A stretch of 64,000 nucleotides of DNA. It comes from the human T2T-CHM13v2.0 reference genome, Homo sapiens. The stretch lies in the NCBI RefSeq assembly GCF_009914755.1, contig NC_060944.1. One strand, written 5' to 3'. Shown piece by piece: positions 12,586-27,057 of the stretch (its first letter is position 1; each line of letters starts with the position of its first letter). Made by a program: the position numbers and the translations under genes. Below the pieces are notes generated by a model. The model was not told the DNA's origin, ran no database searches, and worked only from the letters and a program-made list of their open reading frames with translations.

Positions 12586-14179
12586 TGGGCTCAATCTGTG
12601 TTAAATCTGGTTGGGAGGCAAGAGTCCCAAGTGAGAGAACTATACACCATCAACACCAGTACCAACACATACATACACTCATACCTCCCCTGCCCCCCCC
12701 CCCCCCGACACACACAGACCCACACAGGCATGGGTGGCTGGAATACTGGGGCAAATCCATGAATGTTTCACAATTCCATCTTCAGATTCCCTGTGCATCC
12801 AGAATTAACCTTCCCGTCACTCCGCTTAACCCCACCTGTGAGTCTCAAGTCCCCTTCACAGCTGACAATGGAAACCCACAGACAGGACTGGCCAGACCTA
12901 GTGGAAGGGGCAGGGCCATCCCTCTGGGCTCAGGGTTCCACTTGGTGGAGGCTGGACCGTCTCTTCTCAGCGTGTGCTCACAGCGGGACCTGCTGTCTCT
13001 TTCTGAGGGGACACAACCCCCATCATATGTCCCCCAGGCCGCGATGGTGGGGTCAGGACTGAGCATGCCCCGTGCCCACCCCCACGCTCAGCCCGAGTCA
13101 AAGCCTTCGAGGCTCTCCAGTGTCATCTGCACAGGACCCAGGTGCCATCGCCCCCAGGACTCTCAGAAACTCAGGGCGGTCCCCGAGCAGCTCACATCTC
13201 CTGGGGCTGAGCATCCGCAGATGCTGTAGGAAGGAGGCGACTGGGTGAGGGGAAGGATCGGGAAGCAGAGTTTGGCCAAGGCTTTGTCGGAGCCACTGGT
13301 CCCACGCGCACGGAGCTCTAAGCAGTTCCTGCCTCTCTGAGACGGGGACGGGACAGGCCCCCCATCAACCTCTCGCTCTCTGGGCTTCGGTTATAAATCA
13401 CCCCACAGGGGTAGAAACCACCCAGAAAGCCGGGAGCTGCTCCAGGAGCTTACGACTGGGGTGGGCTAATCTGCAGAGTGGTCAACCATGTGCTCATGGC
13501 CCTGGAGTCCCTGTGACCAGCCCTGGAGACGTCACCTCAGAGGGAGGGCGCTTTGCCCGCTTCCTTCACCGTTGGGGCCGGGACCTGAAACTTGGGCACA
13601 GAGTAAATCTCAGTAGGTATCTGTTGAGTGATTCGGAGCCCACCTGTCCCACATACACCACGAGGAGGCCTCCAGGGTGTCCACAAAGGAGGCGGCTGGG
13701 CTGGGGAAGAAATGCAAGAATTCCTGCCTGGACAGGTTTCATCTACATAGAAAGAGGAGATTCACTCCCGAAAGCTATTTGTCAGGGTCTACCCTAGCCA
13801 CAATGATGCCTGACAGCCTGGAGGTGTGACCAGATTTGCTGGGGGGAGACGGACATGGTTTTGATAGGGGCAGGGCCAAAGTGGGGCAGGGCCAAACAAG
13901 GCAGGGGCCAGGGTCATGCAGGGGCGTAGCCAGGATGGGGGTGTGGCCAGAATGAAGGCGGGGCCACTGTGGAGAGGGGCCATGGTGGGGGCTGAACCTT
14001 GCTGCAGGTTGTAGAAGCGCTGAGCCCATATAAAGGATCTGCTAGCCCTTGACCTTCCCCAGGTGTCTCATATTCCCATCACTGATGGTTCATTCTCCCA
14101 TCTCCCATTGCGCTGGCTGCTTTTCATTGAAGTTGTGACAACTGTCATACTAACTCATTCCTTTGGAAAAGGCTACTGA

Positions 14180-14480
14180 AAAGGTGCCACCCTGGAGATG
14201 CTACTCAGGAGAATAACCCTGCTGGTGACTGCTTTCACCTTCTGCCCCTGAAAGGGCTTGACTGTGGGGGGTCTGAGCTACCCTACAAACATCGTCATAT
14301 CCGAGGGAACGCAACATTGAGTAGCAAATAATAAACACCATGACAGGTCAAGAGACAGACTGCAGAAAGAAAGCAAAAGCTTTCTTATTTTAGTACCTAT
14401 AATGACATTTTGTTCTTGCTTTTGAGCATGTGGCCTACATTTTCATTTTGCACAGGCTGTGAAAATTATGTACTTGGATC
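14180..14480. mobile_element. MER45-like hAT-Tip100 fragment
   Basis: aaacaccatgacaggtcaagagacagac...cattttcattttgcac...aaattatgta terminal motif. Confidence 0.6.
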
Positions 14481-14574
14481 TGCTGGGAGAATGTAATAAA
14501 TCTACTAAGAGTCACCCTCATCCTCTCTGTCCCGCTCTCCTGTGTCTCTCAGAGTCAGCAGAGGGCCTTGTCAG

Positions 14575-15250
14575 AGCACAGTCCTCCCGCAGTCTTCCTC
14601 ATCTCTGTAAATCGCAGCCCCACCCTCCCAGCTCTCAGGCCAACACCTGGGAGTCATCCTCCACTCTTCCCTGCCTTCCACACTCCGCTTCTCATCCATC
14701 AGCAAGTCCTGGCAGCTCTACCTGCAAGGGATCTGCAGTATTGGACTCCCTCACCTCCTCCACTTTGACCACATGGCTCCGGTCACCATCACCTCCACCT
14801 GGCCTCCCTGTTGGTCTTGCTGCTCCAGCTGTTGCCCCACACCCCCAACCTGTCCTCAGACACAGAATCCCATTAAAAAGTAAACCAGACCACATCCTGT
14901 CTCTGCTCAAACCCTCCAATGGCTCCCACTTCCCTCAGAGTAAAAGCTGAAGTCTTCACAGGGTCGCCTAAGGCCTGAGATGACCCATCTCTCTCTCTGC
15001 CCCACTGTGACTCATCACCCCTCTGGCCTCATCTTCTAACACCCCTTGGCCCCAGCCACACGGGGCTCCTGGCTGCTCCTCAGCCTCATCCCTCCCCTCG
15101 TGTCTCTGGACTCTGTCCTCGCTATCCCCTCTCCTGCATCGCTCTGCCCCCAGGCCCCAGGCAGCTCCCACACCTCCTTCCAGGGCCCAGAATTTACACC
15201 AGATACACAGTTTTCTGCACATTTGAACGAATGAACAAAAGAAGGAATGA
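14575..15250 (+). mobile_element. L2 (L2a-like)
   Basis: ccatcagcaagtcctggcagctctacctgcaa; ctgctcaaaccctccaatggctccc...cagagtaaaagc; tgaacgaatgaa end. Confidence 0.8.
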
Positions 15251-17389
15251 GCACATGCTTCCTCAGCGGGGAATACTGCTCCCAAGAGGGCCAGAGCTGG
15301 TTCCTGGAGGTGAAAAGATTTTTCTCTCATTATGTAAAAATACAGATGTAGGCACAGTGCATAAACCATTTTGCGGTATTTCTGTAGTATTAAATTCATG
15401 GTGGGGGTGAGTAAGAAAAAAACCTCTATGAAGGTTCCTTAGGGGTTGATCATGAATTAAAGGTGAGAAAGGCTGAATTAGAGGACAGTCCGCTGAAATC
15501 ACAGGCTTCTCTCCCACACATTGCCAGGGCATTGGGGAGGCTGTGGAAGACAAATCAAGATCCGTGCAAGTGCCTGAAAGAGTCACAGCCATTCTTCCTG
15601 GCGTTTAATAGAAGGAATGCCTCGGTGCTTTGGGGAAACCTTTTTTTATTTCCTGCCAAGGGACAGAATTACAAAGGATGATATTTGCATTTTCCTGAAG
15701 CCTCTAATTTTCCCATTCATCACTTGTCAGAACCTGAGGCCCTTCCTCAGCTTATGGAATGTTTGCAAACACGTAATGATCCCTTTTACCAAAGAACGTC
15801 ACAGGCTCCACATGGAAATGTGTTTGTGTTGCAGAGGCTGCTAATTTAATGCATTAATGTCACTCTGCACCATGGCGGGGTCTCAGGGCATCTCATGTCA
15901 CCGTGAGCGAGCTGGTCTAAGACACAGGAACCATGGAAACCATCCCATGCCTGGTTAGTGAGTAGATGCGCAGTGGGGCGCCGTTCACTGCCTTGAGGGT
16001 GAATGTGGACTCCAGGAGCGAGGGCCAGGCCTTCTAGAGCTCCACCCACCCTGAGATCACAGGCCTGGCTCAGGCTTGCTGGACTTGCCCAATGGGGAAC
16101 TTTCAGGGGACAGTTTAACCATCCTGAGGGGCAGACAGACCAGGGAGAGGCCAAAGGCACCCGTGGGGTTCCCCCAGGACCGCCGTGAATCCCCTTCTCC
16201 TCCCTCTCTCCATCAGTGCCTCTGTCCTTCCCACCTGCCCAGCCCAGGTGCCAAACACCGGCCTCATCCGAAAAGTCCAACTGGGCCCAGGACAGTGATT
16301 CCCAGACCCAGCTGATCCCGCAGGGAGCTTTGGGTCCTGCTGGTCCCTGGGTTCTGGTGACAAAAGGACATGCAGGAAGGCAAAGTCCCCTCTGGATTTT
16401 TCATCATGAGCCACCCTAGGTGCTGCGCACCGCCAGGCTGCCTGATTCCACCAAGAGAATCTCAGGAAATGAAAAATAAGATTTTAGTTGTTAAATTTCA
16501 GGCGTCGGGGCTCTTTGAGAGATTGAAAACACCTGGAGGTTGGGTGCACAATGGAGATGGGGCTGTGGGGACGTTTCCTATTCCCAGTGGAATCCGTGAT
16601 TATTTACCGAGCAGCCTGGAGAAGCCCAGTCTTCACGGAATGGAAAAGCTGAGCCGGGTTTTCATGCACAAACCGGAAGCCGGGTGGCGCCCTCACAGCA
16701 GAGCTCCTGACCTTCCTGCCTCGCACGTCCTGGCAGCGGGAGGGCGGCTGCCTTGGACACAGTTTATTGTGTGGCGAGGAGGGAGACAGGAGAGTACGGG
16801 GCAAAAAAACCCCAACAAATGGCTACGCCTTAAAAACTTACTTTCAAATGCCCAGTTCACGCAGTTTTCTGGCATTTTACCAAATCAGGCAGGTTTTTTT
16901 TTTGGCTTTTCCCACCGTGTGACTCGGTCTGCCTTGCCCTGCCCCACCCCTGCTTGGGCAATCGTGCCCCCCGCTGAGCTCAGCAGCCTGGCGTGAGGTG
17001 AGGTGTCTGTGTGGCTGCTGTTAGCAAATCCACCATTCCGGGGGCTTCCCTGGATGGTGATGTGGCTGTTCCCCAACTTGCTCCTGGCCCAGTGACCCGT
17101 GGTGGCTGTAGGAGCCGCTGCAGGGTTCGGGCAGCAGTAGTGAAGGGCTTTGCTGCTCTCTGCAGTTTCGATGTCGCCCTCATTGTCCATTTCCTCAGCC
17201 TAAGGAGACCCGGTGGCCTGATGGACTTGGCTTCGTTCCTTCTTTCAGCTCAGGGGGACGTGCATTTTTCCTCCTTTGAGTCGAATTAGCAATGAACTTC
17301 CCCTCCCCAGATGGACAGCGTGGCATCGTCAGGGCCCAGCTGCAGCTTTCCGGGCCAACGGGTCTTCGTGCATTGTCTGATTTGGTTCT

Positions 17390-17505
17390 GACAAGCATGC
17401 GAGGCCGTGCGGTGGTCATTATACCCACTTTACAGATGAGAAAACACAAGGTAAGGAACTCGCCCGAGGTCACAGGGATGGCTGGATGTAAAACAGACTC
17501 CTGCG
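17390..17505 (-). mobile_element. MIR fragment
   Basis: cccactttacagatgagaaaac...cccgaggtcacag. Confidence 0.6.
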
Positions 17506-19429
17506 TGTACAGATATAGAGATTGATAAGAAGAGAATTTCAAATCTCAGCCAAAGCGAAGGTCAAGTCAATGCTCTTGGGGACGTTCCCTTCACTCCCCA
17601 GAACGTTCCAACATGGCCAGTGAAGACACTGTGTCCCCGTAACCCTGGGGGAGAAGAGGACGGGGTTAATGAAAAGTAGAAAGTTTCCTCTTTCCCACTG
17701 TTGGAGATGCCGGCGTCCCCACATCACCGTCGGCGCTGCATCTGGTCCACTTCTGGGACCCATTTGGGTCCCTGGGCCGGGGCTTCCTGTGGATGAGCCG
17801 GGATCACACAGCGATGTGGGGTTGCTCAGGGCGCCCCGTTCACTCCAGAGTGACCCCTGACCCAAAGCCAGTGCTGGGTGTTTGCGGAAACTGAAACCAG
17901 GGCAGGTCTGAGTCAGACCCTGCAGAACAATGAGGCCTTTTGTGCAAATGAGGCGGGGGAGGGGCCGGGGGAGACCAGGAGCTTCCTGACGGGGTCCGCA
18001 GCACAGGTCACAGCGAGTGAATTCAGGAGGTGACCCTCGAAGGTCAGGTCACAGCCGAGCAGCACAGGCGCTGAGCTAAGTGTCCACAAAGGAGACGAAC
18101 AAAGCGGCTGCTGTGGGAACAGAGTCAGTGTCGGTCAATGCTGAGTCCAGGAGCTCGGGCCTGCCGGTCGGCGACGGGGGCTTCATGCTGGCTCCCCCAA
18201 CAGTCAGGAGGGCCATGTGCTGAGGAGGGAGGGTCCTCAGCGTCCCCAGGATTGCTGGTGGGTTCACCTAGTGGAATCGCAGGGGTGAATCCACTAGTTG
18301 AGATATTTTTCTCCAATGGATATTAAAGTGAATAAATAACTATTGATATAAAAATATACTTCCCATATTTACTTGTAAGTAAATTCATCAGACCCCAAAA
18401 TACCCATGACTTCACGAGCCAGAGGTTTGCTTCTATCCCATGTGACAGCCCCGGCGTGGGGGCCCCCTGGCTGGTTGGGCAGCTCCCGGGGCTGAGCCTC
18501 GACACTCCAGTCCTGTGATCTGTCATTGACAAAGGCTGTTTTTGTCTACCTGGTCCGAGGAGGTGCAAGTCACATCAGACAGGAGGGAAGAGGAGAAGGG
18601 CAAGTGGAGCGTACCCATTCATTTAAGGGTACACTGGGAAGGTACACACCAGCTGCAAGGCAGAATGGGAAATTCAGCTTTGGTCCGGGCAGCTAAACTT
18701 TGGGATTTCCAATGTGAAATGTAGGGGATGAGGGGTATCAAGGGTCAGCCCGCAGCCTCTGCCCCCTCTATGTGCTCCTGGAAGTCATCTACTCTCCTAC
18801 CAGGGGATCCCACCAGGGCATCCCACATTTTGTGAAAATTAGCTGATTAGGAGAGCATCCTTTCTGCACTACTGTGGAGGGGGTGGGGGCTTAGGCATGA
18901 GCAGTTCCCTAAGTCATGGTACAGGGCCTCCCCCATCTTGGGAGAGCAAAGGCTGTCTACTGTGTCCACCAACCCTGAGGCACACCCACACAGCTTTCCT
19001 GCTGCCTGTGCTGAGCCAGGCACTGTGCTTGAGATGTGCACGGTATTTGACATAGAGTCGGGGTGGGTGGTGCCCAGACTCCCAAGTCACTCCACGGTGA
19101 GACAGATTCACAGGGCTCCAAGGACAAGTCAAAATAATTTGGCCGAGCCTCTTTGTTTTAGAGGTTGGTCAACTGGTGTCAAAAGCTGGAGAAGGACTTG
19201 TTCAAAGTCACAGAGCCAAGAGCCACCTGGGTCCCTGGTGTCTTTCCAGTGAACACCACCGTGACCTCACTGGTCCTGAATGGTCCCTTTTTAAATAAAG
19301 AGATACATGGTCATCAAATGCAACACCACTGAATCTGTCTGTTCCCTGCCCACCTCTTCTCAGAGACATCCACAAGTAATCCTCTAGCTGTTTCCGCACA
19401 TTATTTCCGAATCCTGAAAGAGGAAGCTT

Positions 19430-19753
<324 letters not shown>

Positions 19754-19887
19754 CTATTCATAGAGCTTTCAAGGTCTAGTGTTATCTAATGTCTGCTAAG
19801 CTAGATGAGAAGTTAGCTCTTACACCACCCACCAGCTCCCTTCCTGCCACGCTGTATGATACATCACTATTTTTAATTGCATCATAA

Positions 19888-20297
<410 letters not shown>

Positions 20298-20372
20298 TTC
20301 TTGTTCTTTTTATTTGCAAAATTTACTTACAGATACTTAATTATTTCTCAATCCTCCGTCAGTGAAGCCACT

Positions 20373-20438
20373 CCAGTGTTTTTCAAGCTGTTTTGATCAC
20401 AACCCATCATAAGAAATTATTTTACAATGGAACCTGGT

Positions 20439-20490
<52 letters not shown>

Positions 20491-20620
20491 ACACCCCCCA
20501 TATATATGAATATAAAGTTTCACAAAATAATACTGATACCTTTTGATATTTTCTACTCAACTCTGTGATTAATGTTTTAAAATGCTAGTTGCACCCGCTG
20601 AACTGACGTTAGTTTGAGGA
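20373..20620. mobile_element. hAT-Charlie-type MITE containing (CA)n
   Basis: cagtgtttttcaagct...acccatcataagaaattattttaca...aaaatgctagttgcaccc...agtttga; subfamily unresolved. Confidence 0.55.
20443..20494. repeat. (CA)n microsatellite
   Basis: ~21 uninterrupted CA units plus a short extension. Confidence 0.98.
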
Positions 20621-20711
20621 GCTCTAGGCCAGTCCCACGAGGTCCTGCTCTGTGCACTCTCCTGAAACTGACCAGCTCCCATCTGGACTCTTCTCTCTGC
20701 TGCTCTCCTGA

Positions 20712-21058
<347 letters not shown>

Positions 21059-21376
21059 TAATTTTCTGCTTTTTATGAGTCACTGGCAAATTACTTTTTT
21101 ATTGACAGAAACAAAATCGTAACTCTCCAGCATTTTATGTTTTCTTACCATTCCTCCAATAACAGAAAATACTAATGAGAAGGAGAATATTACAATGAAA
21201 GGAAGCAGGAGAGCAAATAAGAGATTCGACCTACACACGGTTTTGATTCTGCGTGAGGCCGGTCATACCCAGATGAAAAGCTAGACATCCAGCTACGTAC
21301 ATCCCTGGAGATACCCAGACGATGGAATGGAATGTTCACTGTGGCTCTAAGTCAGAGCATCTCATTTAAGCTTTAT

Positions 21377-21566
21377 GGACAGTCTGCGCAGGATGTGTCT
21401 GTGTGGGGACTTCTCCTGTGCATCATGGGAGGTTTAGCAGCATCCTTGGCCTCACTCGCCAGATGCCAATAGCATCCCCCTCTCCTAGTTGTGACAATTG
21501 CAAACATATCCAGACATTGCCAAATGTCCTCTGGGGGGCAAAGTTGCCACAGCTGGGAGCCACTGC
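21377..21566. mobile_element. MER20 (hAT-Charlie)
   Basis: tttagcagcatccttggcctc...gttgtgacaa...tccagacattgccaaatgtcctctgggggg. Confidence 0.9.
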
Positions 21567-24029
21567 TCTGCAGGTTTGGACGCTGTGCCTGCAATTCCAT
21601 GCAGCATCACGGGCTATTGATCATGTGTCAGACGGAGCTTAAATTGGTCGATCGCATCCTCAAGTAGCCACTCCAGAGCGTGATTATCTGACACCTGTAA
21701 TTTACCATCCTGGTTACATGGGGGGCAAACGTGGAATTATGCACATCAGCGGGCCCAGGGCCTGTTTTCCATGGACTTAGTGTTCCTGCTGAGCATGGCC
21801 TCGGTCTCCCCGAGTTGTTAAAGACATTGACGCCTCAGAACTGACTCTGCCTCCACTTAATCAGCTCACCAGAAAATTACAATAAAAATCATCTGCCACT
21901 TATGAAATTGCCGTTAAAATGGACTATTTCCTGCCACCTGGGGACAGGCTGCTGTTTCTCTTTCAGCATCGGTATCTGAGATGCTGTCTCTGGGAAACAG
22001 CGATCATAGATGCTGTTGAGACACTCCATTGGCCACGGTGTGTCCCTGGATTGAAACCAAAGTCACAACAATGAGTCTGAAACGTACCGAGGAATCGGTT
22101 CCAAACATGGCAAGAGCAATTTCAAACAGTGCTGCGAGGGCCCTTTGGGGTCAGGACAGGCACTGATCAGCTGAGGGCACAGGCCCTGTGCCGCCACGGC
22201 TCCTCCAAGCCAGCACTGCTCACTCCGTCCGTGAAATCCCAGCCAGGAAGGCCAATGTATCTGTGCCAGTGCCTGAAATGTCAATATCACAAAGCCAGCA
22301 GGAGGGGTGACCCGGTGGAGCTCAGCAAAGATGACATAAAACAGGCCACAAAGCTGGTTTGCCAGGGTGCAGGAGGATTTGTCTGTTTTCTCCTGAGAAT
22401 GGCTGCTCAGCTCACTCCACACAGCATTTCCATGCTTCATCTGTTAGCCCTGGAACGGGTGCCCTGGGAGCCACGGACCTTGGCAAGCTCCACTGTAGGG
22501 GAACCTCATGCTGACAGCTCACTCTTGTGGATTAATCCTGACTGTTTGCTGTATCTGGAGCCACCCCCAAGAACCTGATCATACAGCACACAGGAGGGGC
22601 TGTGAGCGGAGATGAAATCTGGGCATTGTCTTGGTTGTTATTAATTTAATTGTCATTCTGTCTGAGCAGTTTCATTTTCGGAGAGTGATTTGATCGCCCT
22701 TTTAGAACCTTGATCATCTCAGTGTCATGTTCTTAGAGGGAGGCATCCCTGGAAGAGGTGCCCACTGTGGTGTTCTTTTAATTAAATTCATCTGTTCCTG
22801 CAATAATGTGGATGAAACACCTGCCCTGCAAGCAAAATACATACTTGCTCCTATTCCCGGGACCCATAGTGGGGTGGAGCTGACCACAGTGTGTGCGTTA
22901 GACGCCACTCTTCAGGCAGGTTCACTCCTGAGTCTGCACTCCGGGGACTTCCGCTGTTTCCCATCGTTGTGCTCACACCCACGCGGTTAGCAAGTGTGCA
23001 TCGGGAGACGGATTTCGCAGGTGCTGAGCTGCTGGGTGGGTGAGCCGGGAGCTGGTGGAGAGAACGCAAAGGCCGGATGTCGTTTGGTTCTTATCTGGAA
23101 GATTTGAGGTTGCAAGAAGAGAACTTTCCTTCTCTGCAGTCAGGCAGAGCTCAAGGCAGGTCCTCAGCCTTGTAAGGTCAGCTTTTCAGCCCTGTCTGCC
23201 CACTTCTGCTCATGGAAGTCATGTTAGGATGCCTGTTTGTGTCCACGGATGAAGGGCTTCCCCTGCCCCCCAGCCTCATGAGTGGCAGCTGACGCTTTCC
23301 CGTCCCTGGGTGAACCTCACTTCCATTTCTCACAGTGCTGAACCAGGAGCAGGGGGAACCTGTGATCCATGATCTCCCACAAATCCCAACAGACATGTTC
23401 TATAGTTTAAAGTGGTTATACGAGTTCTTATTTTTGGATATTATTTGTATGTGATCAATTTACATGGTGCTTATTGGGTGTTTGTGTTTTTTATAATGTC
23501 GGTTTGTGGGATCTGGGAGAAGAAGGGTTTTTATGAGGAAGATCCTTGGGGAGACAGAAACCTTGATGCGGGGAGCTGTGAGCGCTCCACTCAGGGCAGG
23601 GAGCACATTCAGGACGGGCTGGGCAGAGCCTCGGAGGCTCCTGGCTGCCCCTCTCTGAGTGTGGGGCCTGTGGGGCGACTCCATTCAGGAAGGATCTGTC
23701 TACTTGATGCAGGAACAAGCCCAGTAAAGCCTGCACTGCAGCTGAAGGAACGATCTGTTTGTTCTCTAAGAGGCCCCTGCAGGCAGGAGATGTCTTAAAT
23801 AACCACCCGCAGGCAGAGAGTAAAGGACTCAGTGAAGAAAGAAACTGGAGCTCAGTCCTTTGAGGGCAGAAACGCATCCCCCACACCCGTCGTGAGCTGA
23901 GCACGGCCACGCCTGGGCTTTGTGGGAGCCTGGCCAGGCCCAGCTCCTGCCCTTTGCTGAACAGGGAGTAAGGAGAAGTTAGATAGCTGCAGGGACGTCC
24001 TTGGCCTGACTGGTCTAGCCACCTCACTA

Positions 24030-24340
24030 GCACGTGGGGCAGATGAAGCTCAGGGAAGCCAAGGGACTTTTCCCGGATCCCCAGGGAATAGGACCTGAGG
24101 TCCCAGCTCCTGACTCCCAAGTCAGTGCTCTCTCTATGGCCCAAGGTTGCTCAGTACCTGCCAGGCCTGCGCAGAGCACTTTAGAATCATTAGCCCAATT
24201 AACCCTGACTGCCACAAACACATGAGGTTGGGATTGTACCCATTCTACAGATGAGAAACTGAGGCTCAGAGAGGCAGGTAGGAGGAGGAATGAGACCCAA
24301 ACCTAGCACTGTGATTTCAAGGAGCCCTTAACTTCTATAT
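24030..24340 (-). mobile_element. Two MIR fragments
   Basis: cccattctacagatgagaaactgaggctcagagagg core; tcctgactcccaagtcagtgctct. Confidence 0.65.
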
Positions 24341-24718
24341 GCTCATCAGATAAATATTCTACCCTGTGACAATTAGTATTTTCTCAGATTCAAAAAAAAG
24401 CAAAAGAAATGTTAATTCTTGGGGACATGGTTCTCTAATTAGACATTCAAAGAAATTCCCAGAACTTTGTGGGTTAGCAGTGATGTTAAGTTACTATTGG
24501 CTTCTGCCCCTCCTACCCGGCCCTGCCCTAAGCATTTTTCTGGTGTTTAGTTGTTGAAACATCATCACAAATTTGTATGATATGTTTTGATGTGACATCA
24601 TTGCCCCTGTGTTAAGGGTGTGGAAACTAGGCAGGGAGAGCAGAAATTGCTTGCTCTAAAACCTGAACCCATGATTCCATTTCCTTGGATATATGCCTGG
24701 GTTGGGGATTTGGAAACC

Positions 24719-25199
24719 TGTGGGAGGCTGTGTTATTGAGGGTCATTGTTCTCATTCTCCATCTTCCTTCCCTGGATCCGTGTCCTCTGTCCGTGACTCT
24801 GTAGTTTGTGCATCTAGAGGCAGAGTCTGTTTCCTTGTCCTGTTGATGTTGGCTTTGGTTGTGTGACTTGCATTGGCCAATGGGACGTCAGCAGGTGTGA
24901 CGTGGGCAAAGAGGTGGCATGTGCTAGCACAGCTGGTCTTGCCTGCTTGTTCTCCTGCCTTCCATCATGAGATAAATAGGCCTCTGGTTGTCCCTGTCCA
25001 AGGAAGATAGGAGACCCTCAGTACAGCAGACCTGGACCCAACTTTCAGCTTGCAGCCAAGAAAAGCCAGTCCTGGCTCAGATGTGATGAACCCCATCAGA
25101 CCTGTGGACATGAGAATGAGAAATAAGTACTATCGTTTGTAACTGAGTTTGGGGGTGGTTTGTTACACAGTGTGACTGTGAGAGTAGCTGACTGATACA
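24719..25199 (+). mobile_element. MLT1 (H/G-like) MaLR solo LTR
   Basis: TG...CA termini, gtgacttgcattggccaatggga, ggtggtttgttacacag...agctgactgataca; 4/5 TSD aaacc/aaact. Confidence 0.85.
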
Positions 25200-26074
25200 A
25201 AACTAGAGACCCAACATGCTGCAGCACTCACTAGCACCCGAATGCACCTGCCGACAGGGCCATCTTCTCCGGACACACCATGCTTTCCATTGCCCCCAGG
25301 GCATCTTCATGTCAGATGATGGGTCCTTGCCCACCGCATCATGTTGGCCCCTGTTTCCAAGGGGCAGGACAAGCTCTTCTGGTCTAGTTCAGTGGAGCAC
25401 TAACTCTGTGCATCAGGGGAGCTTTTGCTTGTTTGTTTTGTTTTGCTCTAATCAGACGTGCAAGGACCTATTGAGTTCTTCTAATGCAGAGAAAGCCTGT
25501 TTGGCTATCATTATGTCAGTTTCTTTTTGACTTTTGCAAACTTTCTTTCACTAAACATTCGTCAAACCTACAGCTGGCCTTTCTATGGTGACAACAAAAT
25601 AACAGGAGTGTTTGTGTCCTCTTTGGATCACGCTGACATTTCTATCCACCCTGACATCTTTGCTGGAGAGAATCCAACTGTGCCCCCTCCTGACAACTGT
25701 TCCTGTTGGGAAGTTTCTTACTAAATAACCATCAGCATCATTATCATTGTGCGTCTTTTGGACAGGAAGAAGGGAGGGCAAAGTTCTGTCCCAGCCTATT
25801 AGGAGTCAAGAGGGAAGCAGACGGGAGCGGCTGACCTCTGACGGCTTCCCCAGGGGGCTCTGGCTGGGCTGCTCAGCTGTGTTGTCTCACAGCATATGCT
25901 TCACAGCTCCCTAGGACCTCAGTATCATTCTTACCATAGGACAGAAGAGGACAGCAAAGCTCAGAGAGGCTGTGTCACTAGCTTTAAGATTTAGTTTCAA
26001 CCTTAGAGTTAGGCTTTCCCTCTTCCTGATTATAAACTGAAATTATAATAACAGCGAGTCAAGGCTTTCTAAAC

Positions 26075-26460
26075 TAAGCATATTCACAGGAATATTGATT
26101 ATAATAACCAAAAGCAAAACAAGAAAAAAAATAAAAATTGTATTGTCCAGAAATAGAAGATTGGTGAAGGCAGTTATCGTATATCTATATGAAATACATT
26201 GTAACTAATGAAATTTATGTTTTTGAAGGCTGCTTGATGGCCTGAAGAAATGAACATGGTATAATGTGAAGAAAACTCAAGGCAGAATCTGATGAGTAAA
26301 TTAACAAAACTTCCAAACTAACTAAATTAAACATTTAGAATAAATCCTAATTTTATAAACCAAGTAGATTTTATATGTGCATTAAAAACACTGGAGTTAG
26401 ATTTTATTTTTTCTCTATTTCTAGGAATATTTTATAAACTTTTCAATTACTTTTTAAAAT
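26075..26460 (+). mobile_element. Old L1ME-like fragment
   Basis: AT-rich; ttataataaccaaaa...tgtcca...atagaagattgg resembles the L1 ORF2 end/3'UTR. Confidence 0.4.
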
Positions 26461-27057
26461 CAGAAAATAAGTGAACATTCTTAAGAGTAAAAATATAATA
26501 AAAGCATAGAGCAGCCTTGAGGTGTGACGGGTAACTGTCTTATCATCTGGGACATTTTTTCATTTCACAAATGCTCCCTTCTTCTTTGGGATGCCTCAGG
26601 GCAGGGACCCTGTCTCCTCTCTGTCTTGGTGGCACCAGGAACAAACATGGCCCAATAAATAATTGATAACAACAATTGATAGCGCCTTGAAAGGAGTCCG
26701 TTCACTTCAGGTGGCTCACTAACTCCTCAAGGCTTTCTCTTAAGTGCATTTCATTTGTTTGATTTTTTTTTTCAACTTAAATGGATGAAAATTAAAGCCA
26801 GGAGAGAGCTGTTGGCTCGCGGACAGCCAGAAAGAGAAAAATAAATGAGTGCAGTCCCTGAAGGGCCACAGGGTGGGGGCTGGACCTGAGCACCTGCCGT
26901 GTCTGAAAGTCCATTTTTTGCCCAGTTGTTCTCTAAGGCACTATGATCTAAAAGTCAAAAAAGAAAATGGATGATGTATGGAACAACATTCAACATTGTT
27001 ACTACAACATAAGAAAGTTGGATTTAGAGATCAGAGAGAACGGTCCCTGCATCAGAG

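Noticed and set aside
12585-13229. 214-aa ORF (likewise 16370-16996, 23491-24144, 50965-51582, 62401-62961)
   Set aside because: No recognisable family, Pro/Ser/Gly-rich composition typical of GC-rich non-coding DNA, several with non-ATG starts or overlapping repeats
14027-14037. CArG box in ccatataaagg
   Set aside because: Seven A/T between CC and GG rather than six
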